A stretch of DNA of 64,000 bases from the NCBI GenBank assembly GCA_050084515.1, contig CM114271.1, positions 46,500,001 through 46,564,000 of the forward strand, in the 5' to 3' direction. A program made the position numbers and the translations under genes. Origin of the DNA: Blasia pusilla. Lineage: Eukaryota. The notes under the pieces were generated by a model. The model saw only the letters and a program-made list of their open reading frames with translations, ran no database searches and was not told the origin of the DNA. This document shows positions 50,659 through 64,000 of this stretch, one piece after another; position 1 is the stretch's first letter, and each line of letters begins with the position of its first letter.

Positions 50659-50990
50659 GACACGCGTGTAACGCGCAGAACGCCAAGCTTTGAAAATGCC
50701 AGAAGATTACGTGGCAACATGGCTATGCGATGTCATGAACGCCACGATTCCATGAATCCATCACGGGTGCGCATGCATGCATGCATGCACAGATGAATAC
50801 ATACATAGATCCCATCCAGTGACGCTGATCGAGCCCGCGCCGCGCATGCACACCGGAGGCGCGAGGCGGGGTGGGGCTCATTCGTAACAGTCCTGTAAGC
50901 GAACGAAACATACCCCATAAAGGACGGGTTTTCGCGGCTCTGTTTTGGACCTCAGTGCGAGATATTTGTTGACGGGGTTTCCTGCACGTG
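50659..50990. promoter_or_regulatory. Cluster of ABA/ABI3-type cis-elements (CE3, ABRE, RY repeats, G-box)
   Basis: gacacgcgt (reverse complement ACGCGTGTC, CE3) 50659-50667, ACGTGGC 50709-50715, (CATG)4CA 50772-50789 and CACGTG 50985-50990, all in CpG-rich DNA. Confidence 0.45.
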
Positions 50991-53900
50991 AGGAGATTCA
51001 ATGTCTATAGTTGTCCACAATCGTGACGATGGCTTTTTCTTTCTTCCGGTTGAAGCTTGTGCTTGTGTTCTCTACTCCGGCGATGCGAGCAGCGAGAGTC
51101 CATTCGGGCAGGCTCAAATGGGCGAATGGAGTGCCATAAAGAGGATTGATGATTCTCCCCCGCTCCTTTGAAAGATGAACGGATTTTCTCCGCTGATGGA
51201 GGCCGTTTCCAGTAACACGTTGACCGCTGGCTGGTCGTTTCCAACTTTCCATGACTCTATCGTGAGGCGTTTTCACGCACTCGTGTTGCTCGCCGCGCTT
51301 GGATCTGCATCTGTATCAGCGCGTTTGCGCAATCCTCCATAGGTTTTTCTCCTCAAACTCGGTAGGAGATACCGTGGGGAGTTCACGAATACTGGGTCGA
51401 GGACTTCCCCGGGCATAGCGGCAAGGGTGATACGTATTCAACGCATCTTCACTGTCGCTTTAAGTGGAGCAGCTTATGAATCCACTTTCCAGCAGCAGGG
51501 TCTACTGTTGAGTCATGTCAAGCGTGATATTTTCCTTCCGGAGTCGGTGATCTTTGGTAATAGAGGTTTTCAGATGTCGAATATGTCTGGGAGAAAGACG
51601 GGACACTGAGGCGTCGGCGACTCCGAACTTCTACAGTGAGCCGTCGACGACTCCAAGGTAGGGTTCCGGCCGTGGAGGACGTCGATCCTCCTATCTTCTT
51701 CGCCATCGAAAATCCCGGCCTACTGACTTTAAGCTCAAGGGTAGAGTCCAGAGAGTCCATAATCTCCACATGGGACTTCGGTGGAGCTGAGTTATTTCAT
51801 ACGAGCCGGGCTCGGGTTACATACATGCACAGCGTCCAAAGTTCTGACCGGTCAGGCCAAATCTCGACGATTATCATTGAACAATGGTAACATGTCCACA
51901 TGATAGGGCACGGCGTGAGATCAAGCGAGTAGATGAGAGCTCGCTGGATTCGACGGATTCCCGGCTGCCGGTCCCCTTCCAAGAAACCCCACGGCTCAAC
52001 TTGCCACATAAGTCCAAGTTAGAGAGGGACTACCACAAATAAAATGGGGCCCTCTGCAGACAAGGTGGTGGATCATGATTGGTTACAACCAAGCGTGTTC
52101 GACTTGCATAAGATAGATACCTAGTACCTGGCAAAACTAAGTTTAGCATCGGTGCATAGTCCTGAAACTTTCGGTTCTGATTTTTTTGTTTATCCTTCAG
52201 ACCTTCCCTCTATTACTTATTTACAATCAGGACACCCAACACGGTATCACTTTAGTTAACTTCCGTCGAAGAATGCATGTGCCAATGCACAGAGACGCAC
52301 GTCAGCGTATGGAACACGGCCCAGTCAGCATATGAATAAAACTGATTCGTATAAACGAGGGTTAGTTCATTTTTTTATCCTTAAAGCGCTTCTCATAAGT
52401 GCATGTCACGTTGATGATTTACGAAGCGTTTCCATACGGATGAAACCCAGATTTGAAGGAAAAGCTATTCCTACGTCGCATCCTCGTGGTTCATACATCC
52501 TCCCTGTGTAAGTTGCGGTTGATGTACTGTTCGTTCGTTGCCTTCACGGAATCACGGGTGAAGCCTCGAGTCTGCTCTTGATGACTAGACAACGAAAGGG
52601 TGGGTCCACAGCTGTTCGTAAGCGGCGAATTCTATCCGAATTCGCTCGTCCCGTTGGAGCTACCCATTGATGATGGAGTTTGCGCTTCCTCATTGGTCTC
52701 GACATTCTAACTGCTCAGAGATTTGTTTGTCGTGTGGCTTGACACGTACGACTGGGCCCCGGGCCCATTGCCAAAAAGGGTTCGCGAGACCGGTGACAAT
52801 CCAGCAATCTCGTGGTTGCTACCTCCCTTCTTCGATCTCTGCCTTCGCCAGTTATACGCGACGAGGGATGGCCCTTGCCTTGTTCGTGGGAATCATCTCC
52901 TCTCGTAACCTGGGGTCCGGGACCATGAAACTGTCACTTCTCTGGGGGCTGGACCAAGGCTTTAGACGTGCAGGTGGAGAACTGTTACAGACGCGTTTCG
53001 GGAAACGCTAATGATGCCTGATGTTCCGGTCTTCGCACATCGGCTTCTTCTCTACCAGTGACCAGGCTTGGGATTTCTGGGATAGGACCGTGAAAACTGG
53101 ACGGCAAGTACTGCGAGAAGAAAGTTAGTAGTGAGAACGGATCAGCAAACCTTCGACAGCGTTCCAGGAAACGAGAACTTCGGCGACGCCGTCTGCATCT
53201 TGACGCCGAGCTGCACATGCGCCGAGCTGCTAATGGATTTTGTCGACGATCATGTGGAATACAAGTCGGAATATAATTTGAAGCGTAGATCTCTATCATG
53301 CTCGTATCTCCCTGTGTAGATTATGAGCTGATAAGAACATTTGGGTTTTCCAAGGGCGAGGTGGTCGTCAGGTAAGAATTGGAGGGTCTATAATCGCGTT
53401 ACATCTTCTGGTAGCGGCCATCATCGCATCATATATTGCTTAGCAATTCGGAAAAGTTACGTACAACGAATCCTGGTCACGAGGAAATCGAGAGATGGTC
53501 ACTATTGTCTTTCACAATGGCTCTACAACGGCAGACAAGGTTCCCGCTTTAGGTGAAGCACAGGCCGGTCCTGAGTCAAACTCCTGATGCTCCTGAAGTG
53601 GAATATCGCACCAATGCCGTAGTTATTTTGGTACGCTTGGAGGTATTGCTGCTCAGAAACATCATAAACAACCAGTTGCCATTAAATTCAGAAGCATAAT
53701 AATAAATTACCATCTGACCTAAGAAAAGTAGGTTAGTCAACCTCAAATTGTTCGGTACAGTACATAGCACAAATGAATTCTCCAACATGGTAGGCTCATC
53801 GCTCATGGGTGGAATTTCAAATCCTAGGTCAGGAAGGTTGTATCCTGTGCTGTTAGAACCAACATCTACCTTTAATTAATATCAACCTCCAATGCACTCT

Positions 53901-55609
53901 CCACCTGCCACTCATACCCGACCATGGTGCAAAAATTTACCTCATAGGGACTGTATTGGACGCAGCTCCGGGGAAGCCTTCCTCGCTATTACAGCCTTAT
54001 TAGCTATCTACCCACACCAGAAAGATCTACCCGTTTGCGAGTAGCTTGGAGCGGCGATTTCGAGATGGTCGCGGATCTCCGAAGTTGCAGTCAACCTTCC
54101 CGCACACAATACAACCCCTGACAGGACACATATCCTAATATTCCTCTACATACACCAAGATTCTTCAGATCCATAATACGGTATCAAAGATCACCCCGTA
54201 TAGAATCGAAGATGTTCGACCTTGTTTGGTTTCGGAAAAATTGATTATTATTTTGGTACTTCCTGTTTTGGTGGCAATCCGTCGTTTACCTTAATTGATT
54301 TCTTTACCCACTAATGGCCTATACTCACTTCATGCACTCCCTCTTTGGTATGGGACCGCAGCCACAAATTCGTTTGTGACTACCCACCTCTCTAGTGGTC
54401 AGTTGAGTTAATCATAGCTACAGGTAAGCGTTCCAATTCCCCCTCGATCCTTTTTCAGGATGCCCAGTTATTGCCTACGCTACCGCTCGCCGGCTTGGGT
54501 CACCAACTTAGGGTCGGAGAAGAATATAATTCGGACCAATCATGAAAGTTTTCATGTTGATAAGAGACAGTGTTTCCATCCTCAGCCATGATCTTTAGGA
54601 GGCAACCGTACTCTTAGGACAGCACAAGTCGCATACACTATCACATTCCCCACTGCGTGAGAACGTGACAGTCTTGCTATTTCATAGTCAGGTGCCGTTG
54701 CCGTGCATTAGCGACCACGTTAAAGCTTCCAAGTTCCTTCTTATTGCTAGTACAGGTCAAATAAGGATGAATTCCATTTCCAGAACACTGCCTGGTTTCT
54801 CCCCGTCACGGAAAGCAGTCACTTTTTTGGACATCTAATTGAAAATTTTCCTATCCCAGATTCTCTATATTTCAAGCAACATTTGTTACAACTCCTGCTC
54901 TGGTCAACACCACTCGCTGATAAGAACGGGAGAACGTACATATTAGAGTCTCTTTGACCACCTGAACATTCCCTGACGCACTTTGAATCTTCAAAGCTGT
55001 ATACCCCTCTAGCCGTTTTACTGCAATGGTCAACCATGTCTATTTTTGCGCATCTTGTTATAAAAGGCTCTTTCCTTCTCTTCCCAGCGTTTCTTTCCTG
55101 CTAATGCATCCTTCAAACTATCTCAAATATTGAACTAAACCTGCACTTTTGCTAGCTCCAACAAATTGAAAAGGTCTGAAACATTAATAAACTTTTCCTT
55201 CACAAAATATCCCCAGAATCCTTGACTTAGAACGGGAAGGATGCATCTTTGCAATTCTGCTTGCTACAAGGAGGAGATGAAGATTGGTTCCTTTTCTAGT
55301 GAAACACCAACTTACAAGTTTCACTTGACACTAGTTTTGTCCAGAAAACATTTCAAAGGATGCTACCACTTCCAAAATACAAACGGTAGACTTTGAATTT
55401 GATACAGAACAAGGGATGGTTCTCCATTTGAGATATGCAACCATCAAACTCAGAGACAATAAGATCGCTATTTTAGTTACTCTTCTCATATTTCCCATTT
55501 CCCATCTCCTGGCCTTTCATCTCCTGGTCTCCTTGACAGCTTCCAACAAAACACAGGCATGACTTTCAGTGTTCAGAACTTCCTTATCTCCCTTAGTACA
55601 GTCCAAACC

Positions 55610-58600
55610 TCATAAAAAGAGGAATTCCAGTCCACTGGCATTGGGTGTGAGGCCATGCTCAGCTAAATAAACTGGATTATGAAACTTGCTCAGATGACGG
55701 ACTCCACTATCACACAAGATCGTTACTATTGTATGGCCAGGCCCAAGCAGTTTTGCCACCTGGACAGCACCGACACAGTTCATTGCCGATGAACTACCAA
55801 TGAATAATCCATCTTCCCTCATCAAGTATCTGTCATAACACAAACCAACTTTATTAGAATTCCGAAAAATCTGCACCCAGTTACCTACTCAACAGATCAA
55901 TCACTATGCCAAGTCAAAACGTTGTCAGAATGATCTTTGGTCTTGACTCAAAAAGCATAGCTCTCTCCATTGAGCAAAATAAAAGAAGCTGAAAAAATGA
56001 GAGAAATCAACCGTGACATCTCCACAGCCTCTTTATCTGTACCCCGAAAGGCACCATCAAGTTGTGCAAGCTTAAAATTCTCTGTTAGCCGATTGATCCC
56101 GATGCCTTCAGTGATGGTGTCAAATGGATTTCTGAGGCGTTTTCCCTCTGCTTCCTCGTGAGTGTACATCACTCCACGCGTTACACGATTGAAAAGGCCC
56201 GAGCCAGGTGGATCAATCAAATAACACTTCACATCTGGATTTCTTTCCTGTTGACAGGCAAATTCCTCTTTAGGGACAAGTGAAGGTAAATTTGAGGGAA
56301 CAATTTGCTCAATAGATGCATCTATGGCTATTCTGTAGTCAAGGGGGTAACTAACTTGCAGCAATATCACTCACATGCAATCTTCACTCAGATTTCCTAA
56401 TTCGAAGAGGCTTGGCAGGAGAAAATTTGTGAAGTAAAATCTCTTCCAAGTCTACATGACAGCTATGTCAAAAGTAACACAAAGATTAACATATTTGTCA
56501 GGGAGTCAAGGTAGAAACTCCCACCTTCAGGAAACAAGATACTCCCGCAACAGTCCCACCCGTGCCAGCAGCAGCCACAAAGGCATGGATCTCCCCACCA
56601 GTTTGGTGCCATATCTCAGGTCCAGTTCCTTCGAAGTGTGCCCTAAAATTTGCTAGGTTCTCAAATTGATTGGAAAAAAATCCTCCACTTGTCCTCTGTT
56701 GACTTTGAGACACTTCTGATTTCAGCCTATCCTCCCTCTCAGCAATACCCACATGCTTGACCTCAGCAATGTTTGGCTTAAGATCTGCATACTGCTGCTG
56801 TGAAGTTTGTCTCTTCCATTTGATATACTCGTTTTCAACCTCTGCTGCCCTCCGTCGTGCAATATTAACAAAGTGGTCCTTATGAGTGATTGAAACCGGC
56901 CTTACTCTCTCTACAGTTGCACCAAGCGCCTCCAGAATCTGGGACTGCAATGAGGTATTTAGTACACAAGCACAAGTCTACAGTAAACCTCTGAAAACAT
57001 CATCAACCAAACTTTTGGCAAAATGGAAACCTAAAATGAAATGGAAACAAAGAAGACACAAGTTAGAACAAAAACTTGGAACGCAGTTTTTGTTCCAAGT
57101 TTAGGAACAAAAACTACAGTTCTCTAGAACTCTCTCTACGGTTGCATCTCTACTTCTCAGGTTACAGATCACATGAAAACAGCAAAATTCAGATCATGGA
57201 TCTATTGGCTTGCCTCTGCTTCTAAGAGGATTCAGTGAAAGAGAACATCAATATCTTTGCAGAATTCATACAAAACCCTAATGAAAAAGTTGGGAGGAAA
57301 TCTGCAATTATTATAAGCAGTATTCTCATATGAAGTATGGCAACGATCAGTCCAAAAGTAGACTGGGAACAAGTCTTGTAGGTACAGAGAAGTTGAGCTG
57401 GAAACTCGGAGCTCTGGAAGGTACAGAACTATTTCAATTCTGCGAAGAGAAACCTTTCAGCATATGGAAAGCACAAAGGAATTCAAGGGAATGAATTCCT
57501 TTGTCATCATCTCTACCACAGAGATGATGACCATTTGTTGAAGGTTTGCTGCGTGAGAATTTTATAGCAAATAGATACGAAGCTTATCAAGAGGGTGCAT
57601 AGGTTACAGTGTTGGGTCAGCATTTTCTTATCTTCTCGGCTATAACTTTAAGAATCTTCATGACGAATCCATTTAAGCTTACAGATATAGATGAGTGACC
57701 ATCAGGGCAATCTCATGGAATCCAAATCAATTCCCAGACCCAAACCCAAACCCTATATTTTGATCTCTGAAGATCTAGATCTAACTCTTGGGAAGTGGAG
57801 GGGAGTTTCATTTAAATCTCAATATCGTCAACAGATTCCAAAAAAAAATGACGACACAAGAATTACCATGAGTTATAATTCTGAAACACAGCATCTGACA
57901 AGAAAAATGCAAGGCAGGAAAGGAGAATGTGTCCATTTATGGACTCTTGTGGAATCCATTGAACCCATGATTGAACCAAGTACAACTAAAAATTAGCATA
58001 GCCACTGTGAGAGGAAGGAGTAAGAACCAGAGGTTATATCTACAGACCCCCATCTGGTCTCGTGGATAAGGGTAAACTTCAGCATGACTTGCGAAGCCAA
58101 ATATTCCTAGTAACACCAGGCAAGAACGAAGAAGCTAGTGTCGTGAGCACACACCAGAAAATTAAGATATCAATCCATACTACGATTGGTCCATACTTAA
58201 TCAAGTCCAAAAGACATCAAACTGGTTTGAGAAGGTGTGCACTTACAACTGACCTTCTCAACAGCTGCATCATCTGGAAGCACTACATGGCACTTGCATC
58301 CAAATGCTGCAGCAACCATAGCCAAGCTAATTCCCGTGCTCCCTGCACTTCCCTCGGTGATGAGCCCCCCATCGCGGAGAGTTCCCGATTGTAGAGCCTG
58401 GTGGACATACAGATAAACAAACCGAAATGATTTAGAGCTTGGAAAAGGAAACGTCACGTTTAAAATTACGAATGCTCTGGCCACACGGACCCGAAAATTG
58501 CGAATGCAGTTAGTTCTCCTCTTGACTGTTAAAAACATAGCATCTCCGAAAGGAGACCTTCAAAGCGTTCGAAACAGTACAGCGGATATAAGACAATGTG

Positions 58601-59158
58601 AACAACACCTTTCTGATTCAGATACTGTCAATTGAGCCAAATTTAGATGAAGGTTGCACCTGGCAGGTTGTGTTACTCTGAGTGACAGACCTCCTCTATA
58701 ATCTTGGCTGCCACTCGATCTTTCACGCTGCCGCCAGGATTCAGAAACTCCGCTTTTGCAAGTATCTGCAATGGGAGGAAAAATCAGAACTTTCAATGGG
58801 AGTCAGTCAAATCAGACCAACGAAATGGGATCAAATTATTGAAAGATGAAAGAGAAACTTATGCAAAACGCTGAACGCAAACCTCGCAGCCGGTGGCATT
58901 AGAGAGGCTGTTAATTCTGATAAGTGGAGTGTTCCCGATCAGACCAAGCAAGCCTGCCCGGATAAGCACATCATCTCCTACGCAAGACGCATTCCGTTTC
59001 CTCCCAATCCGTCTACTGTCTCTACCGCAGTCAGACTCGGTTATCTGTTTCAATGCTGACTGAAGAGCGCGCCACAGCCAGTTCGAACGGCAAACCCAAA
59101 GAGTTGTTGCCGCCACTAATAGAGTTGTAGCCACCGTTGATCCCTTGGACAACTCCAT
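55610..59158 (-). CDS. PLP-dependent cysteine synthase-like protein (fold type II, 'cysteine synthase 2'-like subfamily with N-terminal hydrophobic anchor); exons 59158-58883, 58765-58691, 58397-58254, 56944-56525, 56247-56012, 55829-55610; ~456 aa
   Basis: IGNTPLIRI, PLP lysine motif KAEFLNPGGSVKDR, EGSAGSTG, NQFENLANF, AGTGGTVAG, TITEGIG, EDGLFIGSSSA, TILCDSG. All introns are GT-AG with consistent phase and no internal stops. Confidence 0.93.
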
Positions 59159-59902
59159 GAGCTTTCGATCAATCCAAATTTCTACCTATCTCAAGAGGCA
59201 ACGTAATAACCGTCACACAGACAGCCGGTACCTCTGCCCCATTTACGACCTTAATTCGACAGCAACCTCCCTTTCGCTTCTTCAAATCTAGAGCCATCAT
59301 GATCTCCACATCATTCTCTTATCAACAATGTCACTTTCTGGGAGAGCCGTCCGATCATTGTCATGATTCCCTCAGCGACCGCTTAACACCCTGCGAAATG
59401 GCTCGGATAATACTCTGAACCGAGAAAATCACCGACACAAAATCATGCATCTCCCACTCCATTCACGGCCCTATTTTGACAACATCCGCTCAATCGTCTG
59501 ATTCGTCTCTCCAAATCAACGCTCGATCATTTCCGCATCATTCTTTCTCACCAACGCTATCGCCCTCAGTAGGAGCGATCCTCTCACTGAGATAAATGAC
59601 GCACGGACTACACTACACAACTCGTGGAAATGCCGGTGCAAGAATCCGTGCCTCACATGCCCTTGAGAACGAACGAATGAGAGAAAGGCGACCTCGGAAA
59701 GCTCATCCATCTGCCGTTCAAACATGAATCCTCTTCCGTCGAGTGTTTCTTTCGTTACTTTCGAGTGAATTTTTTCGTTCTTTTTTCGTAGAAAATTGAT
59801 TTTGTTTAATAATTTAGAAATACTTTTTCATTTCAAAATTTAAATATAATATTCTTCAAATAATTCTTAAGTAACATTTAAATAAGATTTTATTAGCTGA
59901 AA

Positions 59903-62900
59903 CTAGTGAGAAACATGATGTGACATATCAATACTAAAAGAATTATTTTATTAAAGGATTTTTTTATACATCATATTTAGTGTGAAATGTCTTTTTTCAT
60001 TCGAAAGCGCATCATTTCCTATAGTTATATTTTTTACTTTTTTTTCTTACTTTTGACAATGCTGCATATAATTGACCATGAGAAAATATTGATTTAGGGA
60101 AGTAAATTACTATCTTTTACTATCTTGACCAAAGATAATAAAGACCCTAAACTCATTCCCTCATCCGAACGGAATCAACACTAAGGTAAATACGTTCCTG
60201 CATAGAACAAATATATCTTAGAAGATGAATTTAATTTTGATGCATAATATAATTCAAGTATTTGTAAAGAAAATGACATGAAAATTATTTGACAACCAAT
60301 ATTACCTCTCCATAGAATAGAGACATGACTTCAGCATTGATATCATCAACATCTCGATTTTTTGGTGTAAGAATTGTTATATCTCTTGAAAATGTGACAT
60401 CACGAAACTTTTCATAATCATTTCCATAGATGATGTCAATAAGATCACTTATATTCTTACTCCTCGTCACCATATCATTTGGCAATCGTACAAAATCCTC
60501 TCCCAAGTGATATTCAGAAGGCACACGTCCCTCTCCAACCTCCAATAACCAATTTGCAAAAGCTTGTTGTTGTACACGCATATTCACCTCCAAATTTTGA
60601 ACTCTCCTATTCGTTGTAAGATTCATTACCCTCACATGAGACCATAAATATGACCTCTTTAATGTAGCTTGAATAATTGTTGGACGGTCTCCATGACGAA
60701 CAATAGGTAACACTTGGCAAAAATCCCCACCAAAGATTACTAATTTGCCACCAAACAGAACATTCCTCAAGTCTTCCGATACCACTCCCATGATATCTTG
60801 AAAGGATCGATTTACAACCTCAAATGCATGGCGATGAATCATCGGTGCCTCATCCTATATGATAAGCCAGACCCTTTGAATCAAGCGCGCAATTTCGCTA
60901 TTAACAGGTAAACTTCAAAAAATATACCAAAAGATATTAGTATTTTGGGCAAGTGTTATCTTTACAATATTAAAAGAGTTACAAAGTCATGAAATGGTTT
61001 AATACTTACTTGCAAGTGGAATTTTCATCTATATTAATTGGAATCTTGAGCGTGAGTGTGCAATGCGTCCTCCATATAACAAAAAAGCATCTATCCCCGA
61101 AGAAGCGACAGCTAAAGCTATCCCTCCAGCACCTTGTACACTTGCAATAAGAAGATTGTATTAAAAGGTTTTTCCTGTTCCACCAGACCCGTCAATGAAG
61201 AAAAATTTTGAACCAGAAGAAATATCACCAGCAATAATGCTATATAGCACCCCAAATCAACCTTTGTCCATCATTCAAATTTTCCTCTCCTAACCTAGCT
61301 TGCTCATATAAGTCATCTCGACCATACATGAGCTCTTCTACTTCCAAATACGAATATGAAGATGAAGCTTGGAAATCTGCTTGAGGCATATCAAGGAAAT
61401 CGGATAATCATTTTCCTTGATCTTGCAAATGGTAGTGGATATCCAATAATGTTGCGTTAATAATTAAAGCGCCTAGAGCAAGATCGGAAATCCCTGTTTT
61501 TTGCATATAGAAAATGATTCGGGAGTAAATCCAAAAGAAAAAGCCAAAAATCAGAATGATTATCATAGAAATAGGAATAGGAATTACCTCGCGTCGCTCA
61601 TATAAGATATCCTCTATGAGTGGGATAAAAAATTGACCCCATAGTTGAGCACGTCAAGTTGGGGTGTTATAAGCGAGAATAATTTCAAAGAATTCGTGAA
61701 GCGTATGACCTGTGCGGATTTCTGATGCTTCTTGAAAGCATGAGAATACTTCCCTATCATCCTCAAGAAGCCCCATTTGAATAGCAGCCTCCTTAAATGT
61801 TGGATATAGCACTCCTTGCACAGTTCTCAAGTATTCATACGTAGTTACGCCTCGAACATGATGAAGCAACAACCGCAACCAATGTCGTTATCCTTCACCT
61901 ATCAAAACTTGAATGTAATCGCTTAATATACCAAACATTAAAATGATCAAAAGGACACTTGAAAATTTACATAATTTGTAAGTACATTATGGAAATTGCA
62001 AACATATTTACCTGGGTGAGTAAGATATAAGCGACCAATGGGATGACCAGAACCATTTCTCCTTTGAATTCTACGAATCCATTTTTTTTTGGGTCCAACG
62101 ATAATAGGAAGGAAAGTCGATGTATAGATATTTGCGAGCCTCCAAATCTAACTGATTAGTTGCAAACCATTGTGTAAGAGTTGTCTCCCTATTCCTTTGT
62201 AGTATCTCCTCAACATTATCGTGATCGTTGAAGAAAACACTTTGTAACTCGGATAGATGAACTCCCAACCTTATAATACTTGGATTTTCCGCATGTAAGC
62301 TAAACTTGAACAATCTCCAACATCTTTAAGAGGAAGAAACGTATTTATATATATAAGAGACACAAAAATGATGACAAGAAATTAGTAAAGTGTGATATGT
62401 TCTCGAATGTAGACATATTGAAGGAATGAAAAAAGAATTCACAAAAGAGTGATTACCTTGCATCAAGATAATGTGAAGTTTCATCAATTGACTCCCTTGT
62501 CGTTTCAGTGCTTGCCTCATTTGAAACCTTAAATGATATCGCATCGGATCCCTTATATACATATTTGTATAAATATTTTACAGCTGAGATGGCATTCGTG
62601 ATCTCCAAATTGATATGACAATCAAAGAGAGTACATAACAAAGGATTGTAAGGAAGGACCCAACGTTTGTCCAAACTTTGATTGCGCTTCATTACTTTTA
62701 TTCCATTATCCAGCCTGTATCATAAGAATGAAGGAAAACCCTAAACCCTAAACCCTAATATAAATTCACCTGATAAAAAAATTAGAAGTTAGGGAATTTT
62801 TGAAAATCCTAAAGATGCAAAGTTAGATTACATACCTTCGATAAATCGGATATCCAACCTTACTCTTCGTAGTTATGCTTGCAAAAGGCTTAGGATAATC

Positions 62901-64000
62901 TTTGGTATACTTCTTGATTTCCTTATCCATGCATGGAGAATTTGGATTAAGTTGTCCACATGGACCATGAACCATGCAATTTGTTACAGTAGAATGAAGT
63001 GTAGGATGAGTGTTTGGATTGGGAATCTCAGCAGATATTATATCATCATAATCAGATGTTGAGCGTGGCTTATCCTCATGATGAAGAATAATCAAAATAT
63101 GTATATGTGGTAGACCTCTTTTTTGGAATTCAACCACATGAATGCAACCAACAGCCCTTCCCAATATGTGCATCTCGAGAATAAGCCTTAATAACTCCTT
63201 TTTTTTTTTCTCAAAAACTCGCACAATCAAATCTGGTCTATCGGTAGGTTGTTGACAAGGTAATAGTGTTGAAGTGATCTCCACCCATTTAGGATTGCAC
63301 GTCATTGTTAGAAAGTAATCTGGTTTCCCATGGTGCCTCACAATGGCCACTGAATCTTGATAAAGTTGATACATATGGCGCGGGCCTCCACTAAAAGAAG
63401 ATGGCAATACAATACGCCTCCCAAACCTTGCACCATCTCTGTCACTTTGATATAGAATATCCTTTAGACCTTGATATAATTCAGCTCGCAACTTCTTTTG
63501 ATTTAATAGAACTCAAGATAGTCATTGCATCTCTACTATAGCATACAAATCAACCATGTACTCTTGAATAAGATGCCCAAATCAAAGCAAACGATTATCG
63601 TCATCGCACCAATACTTTTTTGAAGTCGAAAAGAGGCAAATTGTAGCGCTGTAATTGTTTTTCTCCTTCCTTCATGAAGAATCTCACCATCAATTCTTTC
63701 TTCCTCAATACAGTCATCAAATCCTTGCATGTCTCCATCCAATGTAGTAGGAATAATGATAGTCATGATTTCCTCAAATCTCCCAAGAGGTATTCCTGGA
63801 TGTCATCCTACTTCACTATAGAGAAATAATAGAACAAAATGTCATAGAACATATGCTTCATTTAGATCTGAAATACGAAGAACTCCTCCACCATGTAATT
63901 GGACAATAATATCATGTGGGTTCACATGTTCACTACCATCACTAGGTAAGATTGCTACAACCTGGATGCAATTGGCAAGCTATAACGTTTGGCCTCGATC
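59903..64000 (-). mobile_element. Decayed Helitron (Rep-Pif1 helicase, intron-containing), running off the right edge of the window
   Basis: Rep motifs FLTMTCNPKW, VEFQKRGLPHIHIL and YLYKYVYKG. Helicase FFIDGSGGTGKTF (~61170-61205), II*DEAPM, FGGDFCQVLP and IFSHGQLYAALSKV (~60050-60095). Candidate 3' end CTAG|T at 59906-59902, preceded by a decayed hairpin. Multiple stops and frameshifts. Confidence 0.92.
62736..62758. repeat. Short interstitial (CCCTAAA)n telomere-type repeat in a Helitron intron
   Basis: aaaccctaaaccctaaaccctaa, about 3 units. Confidence 0.6.

Noticed and set aside
51304-51324. Similarity to miR530/miR1030 (tctgcatctg...)
   Set aside because: Only a partial match and no complementary star arm nearby.
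52578-52668. Hammerhead-like TGATGA...GAAA
   Set aside because: The core starts with U instead of C, stem II cannot pair, and there is no NUH cleavage triplet in register.

Overview
Eukaryotic, intron-containing plant genomic DNA, probably a non-seed land plant such as a bryophyte (inference). There are two intact host genes, both on the minus strand: a 7-exon EIN2 orthologue (15015->7653, ~1387 aa) and a 6-exon PLP-dependent cysteine-synthase-like gene (59158->55610, ~456 aa). A ~30 kb nested transposon cluster (19.3-49.7 kb) lies between them, and a decayed Helitron fills the right end. The cluster is built from several copies of a Ty3/Gypsy family whose pol carries a C5 DNA methyltransferase between protease and RT and a PHD finger after integrase. 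One copy contains a 12.5 kb Mutator-like DNA transposon (22459-34955, 9-bp TSD). Divergently from its GCM-like/DDE/SWIM transposase, this element encodes a ~1200-aa ParB/Srx-like plus beta-class N4/N6 DNA-methyltransferase-fold protein. About 38 copies of a 27-bp palindrome (GCAACCCGTCGGANTCCGACGGGTTGC) sit almost entirely in the element's introns, shared promoter and 3' region. This transposase + ParB-MTase + palindrome-array module is the best candidate for an undescribed system. All TE ORFs in this window are pseudogenised, and all domain calls are by-eye motif recognition, not database searches.
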